From the sequence record OP745616: DNA of 64,000 bases. The stretch is one strand, 5' to 3'. Below are positions 55,776 to 64,000 of the stretch, in pieces. The DNA is from Escherichia phage E20. Made by a program: the position numbers and the translations under genes. The stretch's first letter is position 1. Each line of letters opens with the position of its first letter. The notes below the pieces were generated by a model, which was given only the letters and a program-made list of their open reading frames with translations, did no database searches and was not told the origin of the DNA.

Positions 55776-58452
55776 AGAATTGAGAATCAATTGAGTAGGT
55801 AATTGTCCCACGTAATTCAGCAGTAGGAGTAATGTCCGATTCTAATAGTGCTGTCGTAGCCTCTTCAGGCTGTTTAAGTATTTGAATTACATTAGACCCT
55901 CTATTCATTACTACAGAAAGTTGTGGGGTTCCTGGTTGCAATCCAGTATATGCACTAATAGTACCACTTGCAGCATTCTTAGCAGGGTAGGGCATATTAC
56001 GTATTTGCATAGCACCCGTTTGACCACCTGCACCATTAAGCTTAATAAAGAACTCTACGGTAACTGTATTACCTGTTTTAGTGTACTTAATATCTTTAGT
56101 AGCACCTCCCACATCTGAGGTTACTGAACCAAAAGTAATAGCTGCAAGGGGAACGTCAGCAGTTTCATTCCATGCCTCAAAATTGATGAGGTTGGAATCT
56201 CCAGTTACAATATGTATAAACTTGTTGCTGCCAGTATTAACAATAATCTTAGAGCCAGCAGCATTAGCACTTACCCCAATCTTAGGCAGTTCTCCATTAG
56301 AGAAACGTCCATTGTTAAAGACAATATGGTTGTTAGGTCCATGTATCCACATATCCCTGGAGTATGTAGTTCCATATGCTAAAAAAGTATTAAATATGAT
56401 AAAGTTATCATTACCTACTGAAATTAAAGGGTTTTGCTCATTTGTTTTAGGCAAGCAATAAAAATCATCAACAGTCATATCATTGCCAGAATTAAAATGA
56501 GCAGCTACCCCATAACCTGCATCAGTAGCAGATGGTAACTCAGAACCACAACCACTAATGTGAAGTCCATTGTTATTGTCAAAGTAATAGGCAGTACGCA
56601 CCGTACCATCAGAAGCACAGCTTTGCATATTACCATATTGATGATTCAGGATACGGTACGCCCCTGGTGCAACAGAAGGATCTGTTACTTTAGCAAAACA
56701 GTTTCTATAGTTAGCGGACGTACCACCCTCATGTAATATCTGACCCCAGGCACTAATATTACTAATTTCAGTCATCCACACTTCTTTCATCCAAAGTGCA
56801 ATTTTGGTTTTTAGAAAACCAAGATGATGCAGTTTAAAATTATGACCTTGTAATATTACTAAACCTGCTTCGCCCCCAGAGTCATCCCCCTCAAAGGTAA
56901 TCCCCTCAATTATAGTACCAGCAGGGAAAGAATTTGCTTGGGGTTGATCTGGGTTAACATAACCAACTGTATCTACTGTTAATGGCCCTACTGGTGTACC
57001 ACTACCCATAGAAGAGGTCAGTGTAATGGTATCATTACCAGTCTTTTTAATACGTCTGGTTGAAATAGGTATAGACCCACTTTCGGTAAACCTTAAGTCG
57101 TGATTACCTATATATGTTTCATACGAATCAAACATATAACCTGTAGATGGTGCTGAGAAACCATTTCTAATGTTGGCATATGAAATATCCAAAGCACTTT
57201 TAACATCCATAGCAGTATTAGTTATGGGTTCTTCATAACCAATGGTTGTTGCACCACCAATTGCTGCTAATTCTTGTTTATGCTTGGGTACTAAATCTTC
57301 CGCTGAATTTGGCACAGGAGTTAAAGATACAACTACATTACCAGGCTGGTAAGTTAACTGACCATTACTAACGGATGCAATGTATACATTAGTAGGCAAA
57401 GCAGGTAACCCATACGCCTTCTGTTCACTAACAGAGTAGACAATCTTCTTATCATTTAGGAATTGAGTGGTGTCAGTACTAAGAATTACCTCACTATCCT
57501 TAACGTTAGCTGCACGAGCCACTTCCTGAACAGTATGGTCTACTATTTCAAGTATCTTAGCTTCCCCACCTAACTGGACAATCAAACGATCATTGGTTGC
57601 TAATGGTTCAGTAAGAATGATTAGGTTGTTATCTGCGTCAATTGTATAGGAGTTATTGGCTAACCCTTTGTAGAATCGTAAACCATTTTTATATACAGCT
57701 GGTACAGATTGGAAGGTATAGGGGATATCAATTACCTGTTCCCCACCTACAGCAGCTCCATGGTTGTACAACCAGTTAAGGGTTACCCAATCGGAAACGT
57801 TAGGATTATCTGGGGTTGCAGGAACACCAGTACGCATTACTACTACAAAGTCACCCGATTCCAGTGGCGTAGCGAAGCTAACCTCAAAAGCTACTGGGTC
57901 GTACTCAAAATCATATCCCTCAGTCTGCCAGTCACCATTAACAATCATAAAGGGTGCACCAGCCGTTTCATCCGGGATACGAATGGTAGTCTCACCACCA
58001 TTAGCAGAACCAGAGTTATAAATCCACGGGATGTATCCACCATCATTGGTAGACTCGCCACCATCTCCACCAGTACCTGAAGTAGCTACCTTAACCCATG
58101 AACCAGTTGCAGTAACATCATCCGGGATGACTCCAGTACGATCACCCTCTACGTACAAGTAGTCAGTAACCTGACGGTCACCAGCAGGAGTCTTATCATA
58201 GATACGGGCAAAGGTAGCCTTAGTAGTTAATGCTTTAAGTTCTGCTTCAGACTGTACACCAAGAACCATTCCATACTGGTTCAGGAAGTCGTAGATAAGT
58301 TTCAGGTTACCCAAGTTACAGTAGACAGTACGAACCACGTGGTAAGCATTACCAAGCAGTGCATCTACCATCGGGTCATTGGAACTGTTCTGGCAGTAAG
58401 GATTGGTCCAATCCTGTTTTGCATCGAAGGGGGTATGTGCGTTCATCGCCAT
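55771..58452 (-). CDS. tail fibre/tailspike protein candidate
   Basis: 893 aa; Gly/Asn/Thr/Ser-rich; overlaps start of downstream gene. Confidence 0.45.
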   Translation of the reverse strand: MAMNAHTPFDAKQDWTNPYCQNSSNDPMVDALLGNAYHVVRTVYCNLGNLKLIYDFLNQYGMVLGVQSEAELKALTTKATFARIYDKTPAGDRQVTDYLYVEGDRTGVIPDDVTATGSWVKVATSGTGGDGGESTNDGGYIPWIYNSGSANGGETTIRIPDETAGAPFMIVNGDWQTEGYDFEYDPVAFEVSFATPLESGDFVVVMRTGVPATPDNPNVSDWVTLNWLYNHGAAVGGEQVIDIPYTFQSVPAVYKNGLRFYKGLANNSYTIDADNNLIILTEPLATNDRLIVQLGGEAKILEIVDHTVQEVARAANVKDSEVILSTDTTQFLNDKKIVYSVSEQKAYGLPALPTNVYIASVSNGQLTYQPGNVVVSLTPVPNSAEDLVPKHKQELAAIGGATTIGYEEPITNTAMDVKSALDISYANIRNGFSAPSTGYMFDSYETYIGNHDLRFTESGSIPISTRRIKKTGNDTITLTSSMGSGTPVGPLTVDTVGYVNPDQPQANSFPAGTIIEGITFEGDDSGGEAGLVILQGHNFKLHHLGFLKTKIALWMKEVWMTEISNISAWGQILHEGGTSANYRNCFAKVTDPSVAPGAYRILNHQYGNMQSCASDGTVRTAYYFDNNNGLHISGCGSELPSATDAGYGVAAHFNSGNDMTVDDFYCLPKTNEQNPLISVGNDNFIIFNTFLAYGTTYSRDMWIHGPNNHIVFNNGRFSNGELPKIGVSANAAGSKIIVNTGSNKFIHIVTGDSNLINFEAWNETADVPLAAITFGSVTSDVGGATKDIKYTKTGNTVTVEFFIKLNGAGGQTGAMQIRNMPYPAKNAASGTISAYTGLQPGTPQLSVVMNRGSNVIQILKQPEEATTALLESDITPTAELRGTITYSIDSQFF

Positions 58453-59153
58453 CCTCGTTGTTCAAATTTAGTTTCGGTAATTGAAATACTTCCATTAGCT
58501 AGGTCGTAATCAACAACCTCACCACAGATGCTTTCATACGTTTGCAGATATTCTGCTGCTTTAGCGTTAGCTTCCGGGGTATTCAAACCAGTGTGGTAAC
58601 GGTAACCCACCCAGTTATGAAGTGCCGTCATTAGCGTATCAGCTAAATCAACTTCCTGTTCTTCATCCCCCGTAAGTACTGGGTGCTTAGCTTGATACGT
58701 TACGTTAAGTGCCTCGAAGTGTCGAGGTCGCATACACTGAATAGTATCAGGCCGTGGGGTGAAAATAGCACGAGGGTCTGAGTCGTCGTTCAGTCTACGT
58801 CGATTCCCAGAGTTATCAAACACATTTAAGATTTTAATAACATCATCCTGGAAAGGTTTCATGAACCCATCCATGATGTACGGATATTGAACCTCAAGGG
58901 TAGGCTTAGTAAACCTGGAGTAAGCATATTTGGATTGAAGGGGATAATCAGTACGACCTTCCTTCATCTCCACAATGCAGCTATTAGTCTTAAGTGGGAA
59001 ACGACTATGAAGTCGTACCAACCCCTCATTAATAGCTGCTAGTATCTCAGGCTTACTATCTGATTCAATGCCCAGTCTGTCATCCGTGACTGAGCCAGTA
59101 CCCTTCAAGGTACTCAGTGCCAAGCCACGGTATACTTCCGATAATTTCTGCAT
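58443..59153 (-). CDS. hypothetical virion/tail-associated protein
   Basis: 236-aa ORF between terminase large subunit and fibre genes. Confidence 0.4.
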   Translation of the reverse strand: MQKLSEVYRGLALSTLKGTGSVTDDRLGIESDSKPEILAAINEGLVRLHSRFPLKTNSCIVEMKEGRTDYPLQSKYAYSRFTKPTLEVQYPYIMDGFMKPFQDDVIKILNVFDNSGNRRRLNDDSDPRAIFTPRPDTIQCMRPRHFEALNVTYQAKHPVLTGDEEQEVDLADTLMTALHNWVGYRYHTGLNTPEANAKAAEYLQTYESICGEVVDYDLANGSISITETKFEQRGWR

Positions 59154-59159
59154 GGTTCC

Positions 59160-60770
59160 TCACACAATGTATGAACGTAGTGGGTTAACACTATCTTCTT
59201 CTTCCTCATCCCACATCGGGTCACCCTTGTTATCCACCAAAGTCATACCTGCTTGTGGTTTCCAAGGATTGAGATAACCCAGCATGGAGATAGTATCAAT
59301 ACAGTCATCCTTACCTTTAATTCCATTAATGGTAGCTAGTTTAATCTGGCCCATGAACAAACCCATAATAGTTGTATCTCTCAACTCTTCTGGGAAATAC
59401 ATCTTACCGGCTTTGAACCATGGAACCACCAGGTTAAAGCGTGACAGTTTAGAGGTTACAGGACGGATGCCTGGCTTACCACCCTCAGAGGATGCAAAGT
59501 TAAAGAAGACATTTCGGTTAATCATTTCTTTCTGAAGTAGTGAAATGAATCCACCTTGCTGTCCTGTAATTTCGACCCCAACGTTTTGAGGTTGGTATTC
59601 TTGAACCAGACGGAACAAGTCGTCAAAGTTTTTATCCATAAGCTGACGATTAGCCACACCATCAACCCAGAACCAATCTCCATTAGAACTATAAGCCCAA
59701 ACTGATATGACACTGTAGTCACTGGTCTGTTTCTCCGAAGTAGCAAAGTCGGTTGTAATGTAATAGTTATAGCAAGACTTCATCCTTAATAGTTGCTGCC
59801 TGCTATACCATCTAATTTCACTATCCTGAACCAGTCTCTCATCTTCAGAGCTAATACGGAGCATAAGTTCCTGGTAGAAGCCCGCCAGCTTACCGGTCTT
59901 AACTGCCATGTCGTATTGGGCTTTGATGTAGTCATATGAGAAACGGTCATCCCATGCACCCTGAAATTCTTCCCTACTACAAGGGAACTTCTCACACACA
60001 GGCCATACGTTGACATCCCATGCACCGGACTCTACTGCTTCAATGATAATGTCTTCCTTATTAAAGGGAGTACCATTGAAAATTACTTTACGACGTGTCG
60101 GGTCAAGAGCATGGTTCACACCTTTATAAACAGTATCCTTAATAGCTTCCATGCTTGTCTTAGAGTTAGCATCACCATCACTAATTAAGTCATCCAGTAC
60201 GCAGAGTGTTGGACGTTTGCCGTATATCTTCGTACCACGAAGACCTGTCTTAGCACCAAACAACTTAACGCCCAGTCGATGACCTTCTGCATTACGAAAC
60301 TCTAACAGGTTATCCGTAAAGGTAGCTTCAGGTATCCATTGCTGAAGGAACTCACTATTCTTGTATCGGAATTCAATGTTCTTGCGTGCAGACTTAGCAC
60401 CATTATCCATTGAGTCAGATACGTAAATCATCCCTTCTACCTTACCTAAACTTGGTAAGTGCCCAAACACTGCCAGGAACAAAGTAAAGTATTCCATGAA
60501 CACAGCAGTCTTACCTGCACCACGGAAGCACAGGTTAACTACATACTGGTTCGGGGTAATCATCTTATCCAACATCTTCAGATGAACTGGGGGTGTTTTG
60601 TTGGATTCACCTTCTTTGCCATTAACTAACTTAATAAAGTTGGCAAAGGTAAGAGCAAACTGACTAGGAACATAGTTAGAAGAATTAAGGTGGGAGTAAT
60701 CCACCTGGTCTAGCCATTCATCTAGTTCCTGTTTAATTAACTCAGACATCTGTAATGTCCTCATCTGCAC
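59160..60770 (-). CDS. terminase large subunit
   Basis: Walker A-like CFRGAGKTAVFM near N-terminus, Walker B-like TLCVLDDLISD, C-terminal nuclease-like acidic motifs; 536 aa. Confidence 0.75.
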   Translation of the reverse strand: MQMRTLQMSELIKQELDEWLDQVDYSHLNSSNYVPSQFALTFANFIKLVNGKEGESNKTPPVHLKMLDKMITPNQYVVNLCFRGAGKTAVFMEYFTLFLAVFGHLPSLGKVEGMIYVSDSMDNGAKSARKNIEFRYKNSEFLQQWIPEATFTDNLLEFRNAEGHRLGVKLFGAKTGLRGTKIYGKRPTLCVLDDLISDGDANSKTSMEAIKDTVYKGVNHALDPTRRKVIFNGTPFNKEDIIIEAVESGAWDVNVWPVCEKFPCSREEFQGAWDDRFSYDYIKAQYDMAVKTGKLAGFYQELMLRISSEDERLVQDSEIRWYSRQQLLRMKSCYNYYITTDFATSEKQTSDYSVISVWAYSSNGDWFWVDGVANRQLMDKNFDDLFRLVQEYQPQNVGVEITGQQGGFISLLQKEMINRNVFFNFASSEGGKPGIRPVTSKLSRFNLVVPWFKAGKMYFPEELRDTTIMGLFMGQIKLATINGIKGKDDCIDTISMLGYLNPWKPQAGMTLVDNKGDPMWDEEEEDSVNPLRSYIV

Positions 60771-61431
60771 GTACTAGTTTAGAACCAGCAATCTCTTTGG
60801 TAGGTACGCCACTATTGATTGCATTAATTTGCTGTTCAGCTAATGCAGCAAGTGTTGCCTTGAGGTCAGTCAACCCTGAGTTCTCCCTCAAGTCCAGATT
60901 GATATTCGTTACCTGGTCTTTTGGTTTAGCTAAATGAGTAAGGATAGAGTTAGCTGCATCGCATCTTACTTTCTCACTTGCTGCTGTAGTCATCAGCTCA
61001 ACTTGAACATTGATTGCCTTCTGATAATTGTCTTGGTTCACAATCCACACTGGAACTAAACTTTGTTCCATAATGAGGTTAACTAACTTACCTCTGTGAT
61101 AAGCAGATACATAAGCACTAATATCTTTCTCACTGGTTCCTCGTGCTATGAGTTCTGCTTGTCGGTTAGGGAATGTTTTGAAGTAGGCTTCCTTATTTGA
61201 ATAGCCCATGTGTTTGTAAGTCACATACTGAACTGCATTCATGTAGTCCTGTGTCTTAAACTTACCTTCCTTCATAACACCAGAGTAAGAGATGAAGTTT
61301 TCCCGGAATGCTTCAGCAACTAGTTGGTCTTGGGTTATGTTATTAATCGTGTCTACCAACTCCTGGCTTACACTGTTCTTGAAGTTAGCAGGTAAGGCAT
61401 TAATGATCTGCTGCTTAGTTAGCTCACTCAT
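60742..61431 (-). CDS. putative terminase small subunit / DNA-packaging accessory protein
   Basis: 229-aa ORF immediately upstream of and overlapping terminase large subunit; positional inference only. Confidence 0.3.
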   Translation of the reverse strand: MSELTKQQIINALPANFKNSVSQELVDTINNITQDQLVAEAFRENFISYSGVMKEGKFKTQDYMNAVQYVTYKHMGYSNKEAYFKTFPNRQAELIARGTSEKDISAYVSAYHRGKLVNLIMEQSLVPVWIVNQDNYQKAINVQVELMTTAASEKVRCDAANSILTHLAKPKDQVTNINLDLRENSGLTDLKATLAALAEQQINAINSGVPTKEIAGSKLVRADEDITDV

Positions 61432-61602
61432 ACTTATCTCTCTACAAAGTTATGTCTATTAACGAAGATTATTTTCTTGGGGTGAGATACCCCTTGAAGA
61501 AACCATACCATACAGTTACACTTTAGTCATGATATAGAAAAAGTTCATGATACTAAATAGTATGTAATGTTCCGATGACCCTATTCCCCAAGGAGTACTC
61601 CC

Positions 61603-61893
61603 TTGAGAATCTATATGAGAGTCCTCGACTCTAAAGATGAATACAAGGAGCTAGACCATACCAAGGCTGGTATTCTACCGGATGATATTATCATTACACA
61701 TGATGAAGATACCTACCATGAATTAGCTGGGATGATGCTGTTAGAGAATCGTCCAGGCATTAAGATTTTAGAACCAAGAGAAACTTACTCTTTAGAAAAA
61801 CGCTTTTCAGCTCTTGTGTTCTTCACAAAATTACCTCATAGTGTCTCCATCAAACGAAGCAAAGATAGCGTTCGGATGACGGTGATGATGTGA
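61603..61893 (+). CDS. small protein, paralog family member 1
   Basis: shares core motif with five downstream ORFs (DDIIITHDEDTYHELAGMMLLENRPGIKILEP); start 61603 or 61615 uncertain. Confidence 0.4.
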   Translation: MRIYMRVLDSKDEYKELDHTKAGILPDDIIITHDEDTYHELAGMMLLENRPGIKILEPRETYSLEKRFSALVFFTKLPHSVSIKRSKDSVRMTVMM

Positions 61894-62042
61894 TTAGTCA
61901 TACCGCCTAGTAGACAGTGGCGGTACTCGTAAAGAGTTAATAACTTCTACAGTCAGGGTTCCCCGGCTCCTTTCCTACTCCGTAGGTCTAACGGTACATA
62001 AGTACCTAGGGGGATGAACTGACCCGTGATTGAAAACGGTAA

Positions 62043-62080
62043 GGGGTAGAGTCGAGAGGCTCTACCCCATTTCTTTTTCT
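62043..62080 (+). terminator. rho-independent terminator
   Basis: 9-bp stem ggggtagag/ctctacccc with 8-nt loop then atttcttttt. Confidence 0.5.
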
Positions 62081-62094
62081 GGAGGTATGCAATT

Positions 62095-62493
62095 ATGAGC
62101 ATCTACTTTTTTGATATTGATATTACTGGTGTACTACGCAAACAGGAACCCTATTACCTCGAAGAACCAGAGGTAGTAAGTAAGATGTTATCCCCGAGAC
62201 AATCAGTATTCTTTCCTGATTGCGAGGAGTCCCATGAGATTATTGGTTCTCTTTTTCTATCCAACCATCAGCTTAACGCTGAGATTCTTACTGAACCAAA
62301 GGTATACGACATTACCAAGTATAGTGATTTCGAGGAGTTCTTCCCCGGTGTACGATTCTATAAGATAGATGGTTGGGAATTGATAGCTGACCATAACGTC
62401 TTTAATAAAACACTTTCCATTTACTTCAGGCCTATCCCTAAAGGAAGGAAAATTAATCATGAAATTCGTAATGACCGCCCCCAGTTTTGTTAA
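62095..62493 (+). CDS. small protein, paralog family member 2
   Basis: 132 aa; core motif SVFFPDCEESHEIIGSLFLSNHQLNAEILTEP; RBS ggaggtatg upstream. Confidence 0.5.
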   Translation: MSIYFFDIDITGVLRKQEPYYLEEPEVVSKMLSPRQSVFFPDCEESHEIIGSLFLSNHQLNAEILTEPKVYDITKYSDFEEFFPGVRFYKIDGWELIADHNVFNKTLSIYFRPIPKGRKINHEIRNDRPQFC

Positions 62494-62773
62494 AGGGGAG
62501 TCCATGTACACAACTGACTTCACTTTAGAAGAAGTCATGGATAGCAACCCAAATCGTGTGATCCTGGTTCCTACCCTAGAGGATTACCATGAAGTAAGGG
62601 GTCAACTGTTCCTAGCAGGTAATGACCGTAAGGTTGTATGTATTATTCCACCCTCTGTCTATACAAACCACAATGCTAATGATCCTATACCTTACATGCT
62701 GGTATCCGATGAATACCAATGGGATAGTCGCTATGAGAATGGTGAGTACCGTTACTACTATGTGAGGAAGTAA
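62459..62773 (+). CDS. small protein, paralog family member 3
   Basis: 104 aa; core motif RVILVPTLEDYHEVRGQLFLAGNDRKVVCIIPP; overlaps upstream gene end. Confidence 0.5.
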   Translation: MKFVMTAPSFVKGESMYTTDFTLEEVMDSNPNRVILVPTLEDYHEVRGQLFLAGNDRKVVCIIPPSVYTNHNANDPIPYMLVSDEYQWDSRYENGEYRYYYVRK

Positions 62774-62776
62774 GCT

Positions 62777-63097
62777 ATGCACTTCTACTCATTAATTGCA
62801 CTAAGTACAAGCTGCTATCTCAGTAAGGTAACTAAGCAAGATTTCTTAAATGGTATACTGGATGGTGCTACTGTTTTATATGAACCTAGCGAAGAAGCTG
62901 ATGAGTTTATTGGTTCTTGTCTGATGTTAGGTATACCAATTACATTCATTAAGATAGATACATCGGTTGAAGTATCTGAGTTTGCACGGATATACATCTT
63001 CTCCTCCTGTGAACCTATGGTAGCTACTACTCTTACTGGTAGACTCATTACCCTCTATCCTTCCTCATATTTATCTAGCGACGAGTGTACCCAATGA
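62777..63097 (+). CDS. small protein, paralog family member 4
   Basis: 106 aa; core motif TVLYEPSEEADEFIGSCLMLGIPITFIKID. Confidence 0.5.
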   Translation: MHFYSLIALSTSCYLSKVTKQDFLNGILDGATVLYEPSEEADEFIGSCLMLGIPITFIKIDTSVEVSEFARIYIFSSCEPMVATTLTGRLITLYPSSYLSSDECTQ

Positions 63098-63432
63098 GTA
63101 GAGTGCTATTCTTACATCAATATACGGATGAGGTTTCTTTTTACTCAGGGAACGTCACTAAAGCTATTGAGTGGTTATTGCCAGAAGACTGTCATATGCT
63201 CATGCTACCGGGTGAACTAGCAGATAGTACTCGTGGTTCCATTCTTCTTCTAAATAGTCCAGCTAAGTTAACCATCCTTAATCCTGGAGAATCCATAAGG
63301 ATACCTGCTGGTGAATCCGCATTCTTGTTCTTTGAACCAAGGATAGATGAAGGTTTTGATGGGCTTACTATAGATGGTAGACCTAATAAAGATTTTAAAA
63401 GAGTAAGGATTATATCTCATGAAACTTACTAA
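63085..63432 (+). CDS. small protein, paralog family member 5
   Basis: 115 aa; core motif HMLMLPGELADSTRGSILLLNSPAKLTILNP. Confidence 0.5.
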   Translation: MYPMSRVLFLHQYTDEVSFYSGNVTKAIEWLLPEDCHMLMLPGELADSTRGSILLLNSPAKLTILNPGESIRIPAGESAFLFFEPRIDEGFDGLTIDGRPNKDFKRVRIISHETY

Positions 63433-63745
63433 GATAGGTTATGCTGGTGGACCCAATCCCACTATTCATACAACTTTACAGAACCTTGAACCAGGTAGAC
63501 TCACTCCTATTATCCTAGTACCTGATGAGCAAACCCTCCATGAAGTGAAAGGTCTCGCTCTAATACTAGGCAGGAAAGTTATTGTAAAACTACAAGAACC
63601 AGGAAAGGAATTACCATGGTCCTCTTCCTTGTACTCCCCCTGGCATGTGAATACGGATAAGTACACTCTTACCTTCATCATGAGTGATACCTTACAATCT
63701 CCCCATTTGGTATACGCTCCCTCCTATTTAACTGCTTATAAGTGA
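63419..63745 (+). CDS. small protein, paralog family member 6
   Basis: 108 aa; core motif TPIILVPDEQTLHEVKGLALILGRKVIVKLQEP. Confidence 0.5.
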   Translation: MKLTKIGYAGGPNPTIHTTLQNLEPGRLTPIILVPDEQTLHEVKGLALILGRKVIVKLQEPGKELPWSSSLYSPWHVNTDKYTLTFIMSDTLQSPHLVYAPSYLTAYK

Positions 63746-63946
63746 GATAGTTATAATATTTTTGCATACCAATTTGGTCATAGCTATGTGTAACTGTAGT
63801 GGTGTGGCAGGGGCTACACCCTTACACTCAACCATCCCCCCCGGTATGTTGACCGTGTAGCCACTACCCTACCCCACCTTACACGTTACACGTTGCTCCG
63901 CAACCTATGGACATGTCGTCCTATCATCAACTATTGGAGCTATCAT

Positions 63947-64000
63947 CATGACTACTACCGCTACTGTACGTATGACCGCAGGAACTTTACTTGGTACTGT
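63947..64000 (+). CDS. 5' end of a plus-strand gene truncated by window edge
   Basis: ATG at 63947 (MTTTATVRMTAGTLLGT...) continuing to window end; preceded by 200-bp non-coding region. Confidence 0.3.

Overview
This window reads as most of an N4-like (Schitoviridae-type) podophage genome, called from gene content and order by eye; no database search or tRNA/terminator software was run. Plus strand 1-28.9 kb is a middle/replication block: Ig-like decoration-type protein, MoxR-type AAA ATPase plus HExxH/VWA partner, dCTP-deaminase-like, ThyX-like, rIIA/rIIB homologs, SF1 helicase, family-A DNA polymerase, Cas4-like nuclease, primase-like protein, SSB-like and RuvC-like proteins. An ORF-free ~2 kb stretch (25.0-27.0 kb) carries tRNA and tRNA-like elements, followed by small accessory genes including a DUF2829 (Tad2-like) candidate. 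Minus strand 28.9-61.4 kb is the late block: a 3610-aa giant protein (virion RNA polymerase candidate), virion proteins, major capsid, portal, lysis cassette (GH108 muramidase, Rz with embedded Rz1, holin-like), two tailspike/fibre proteins and terminase. From 61.6 kb the plus strand resumes with a tandem array of six paralogous ~100-aa genes, which I consider the most novel-looking feature. Rho-independent terminators punctuate both blocks. Coordinates of RNA elements and hairpins are hand-derived and may be off by a few nucleotides.
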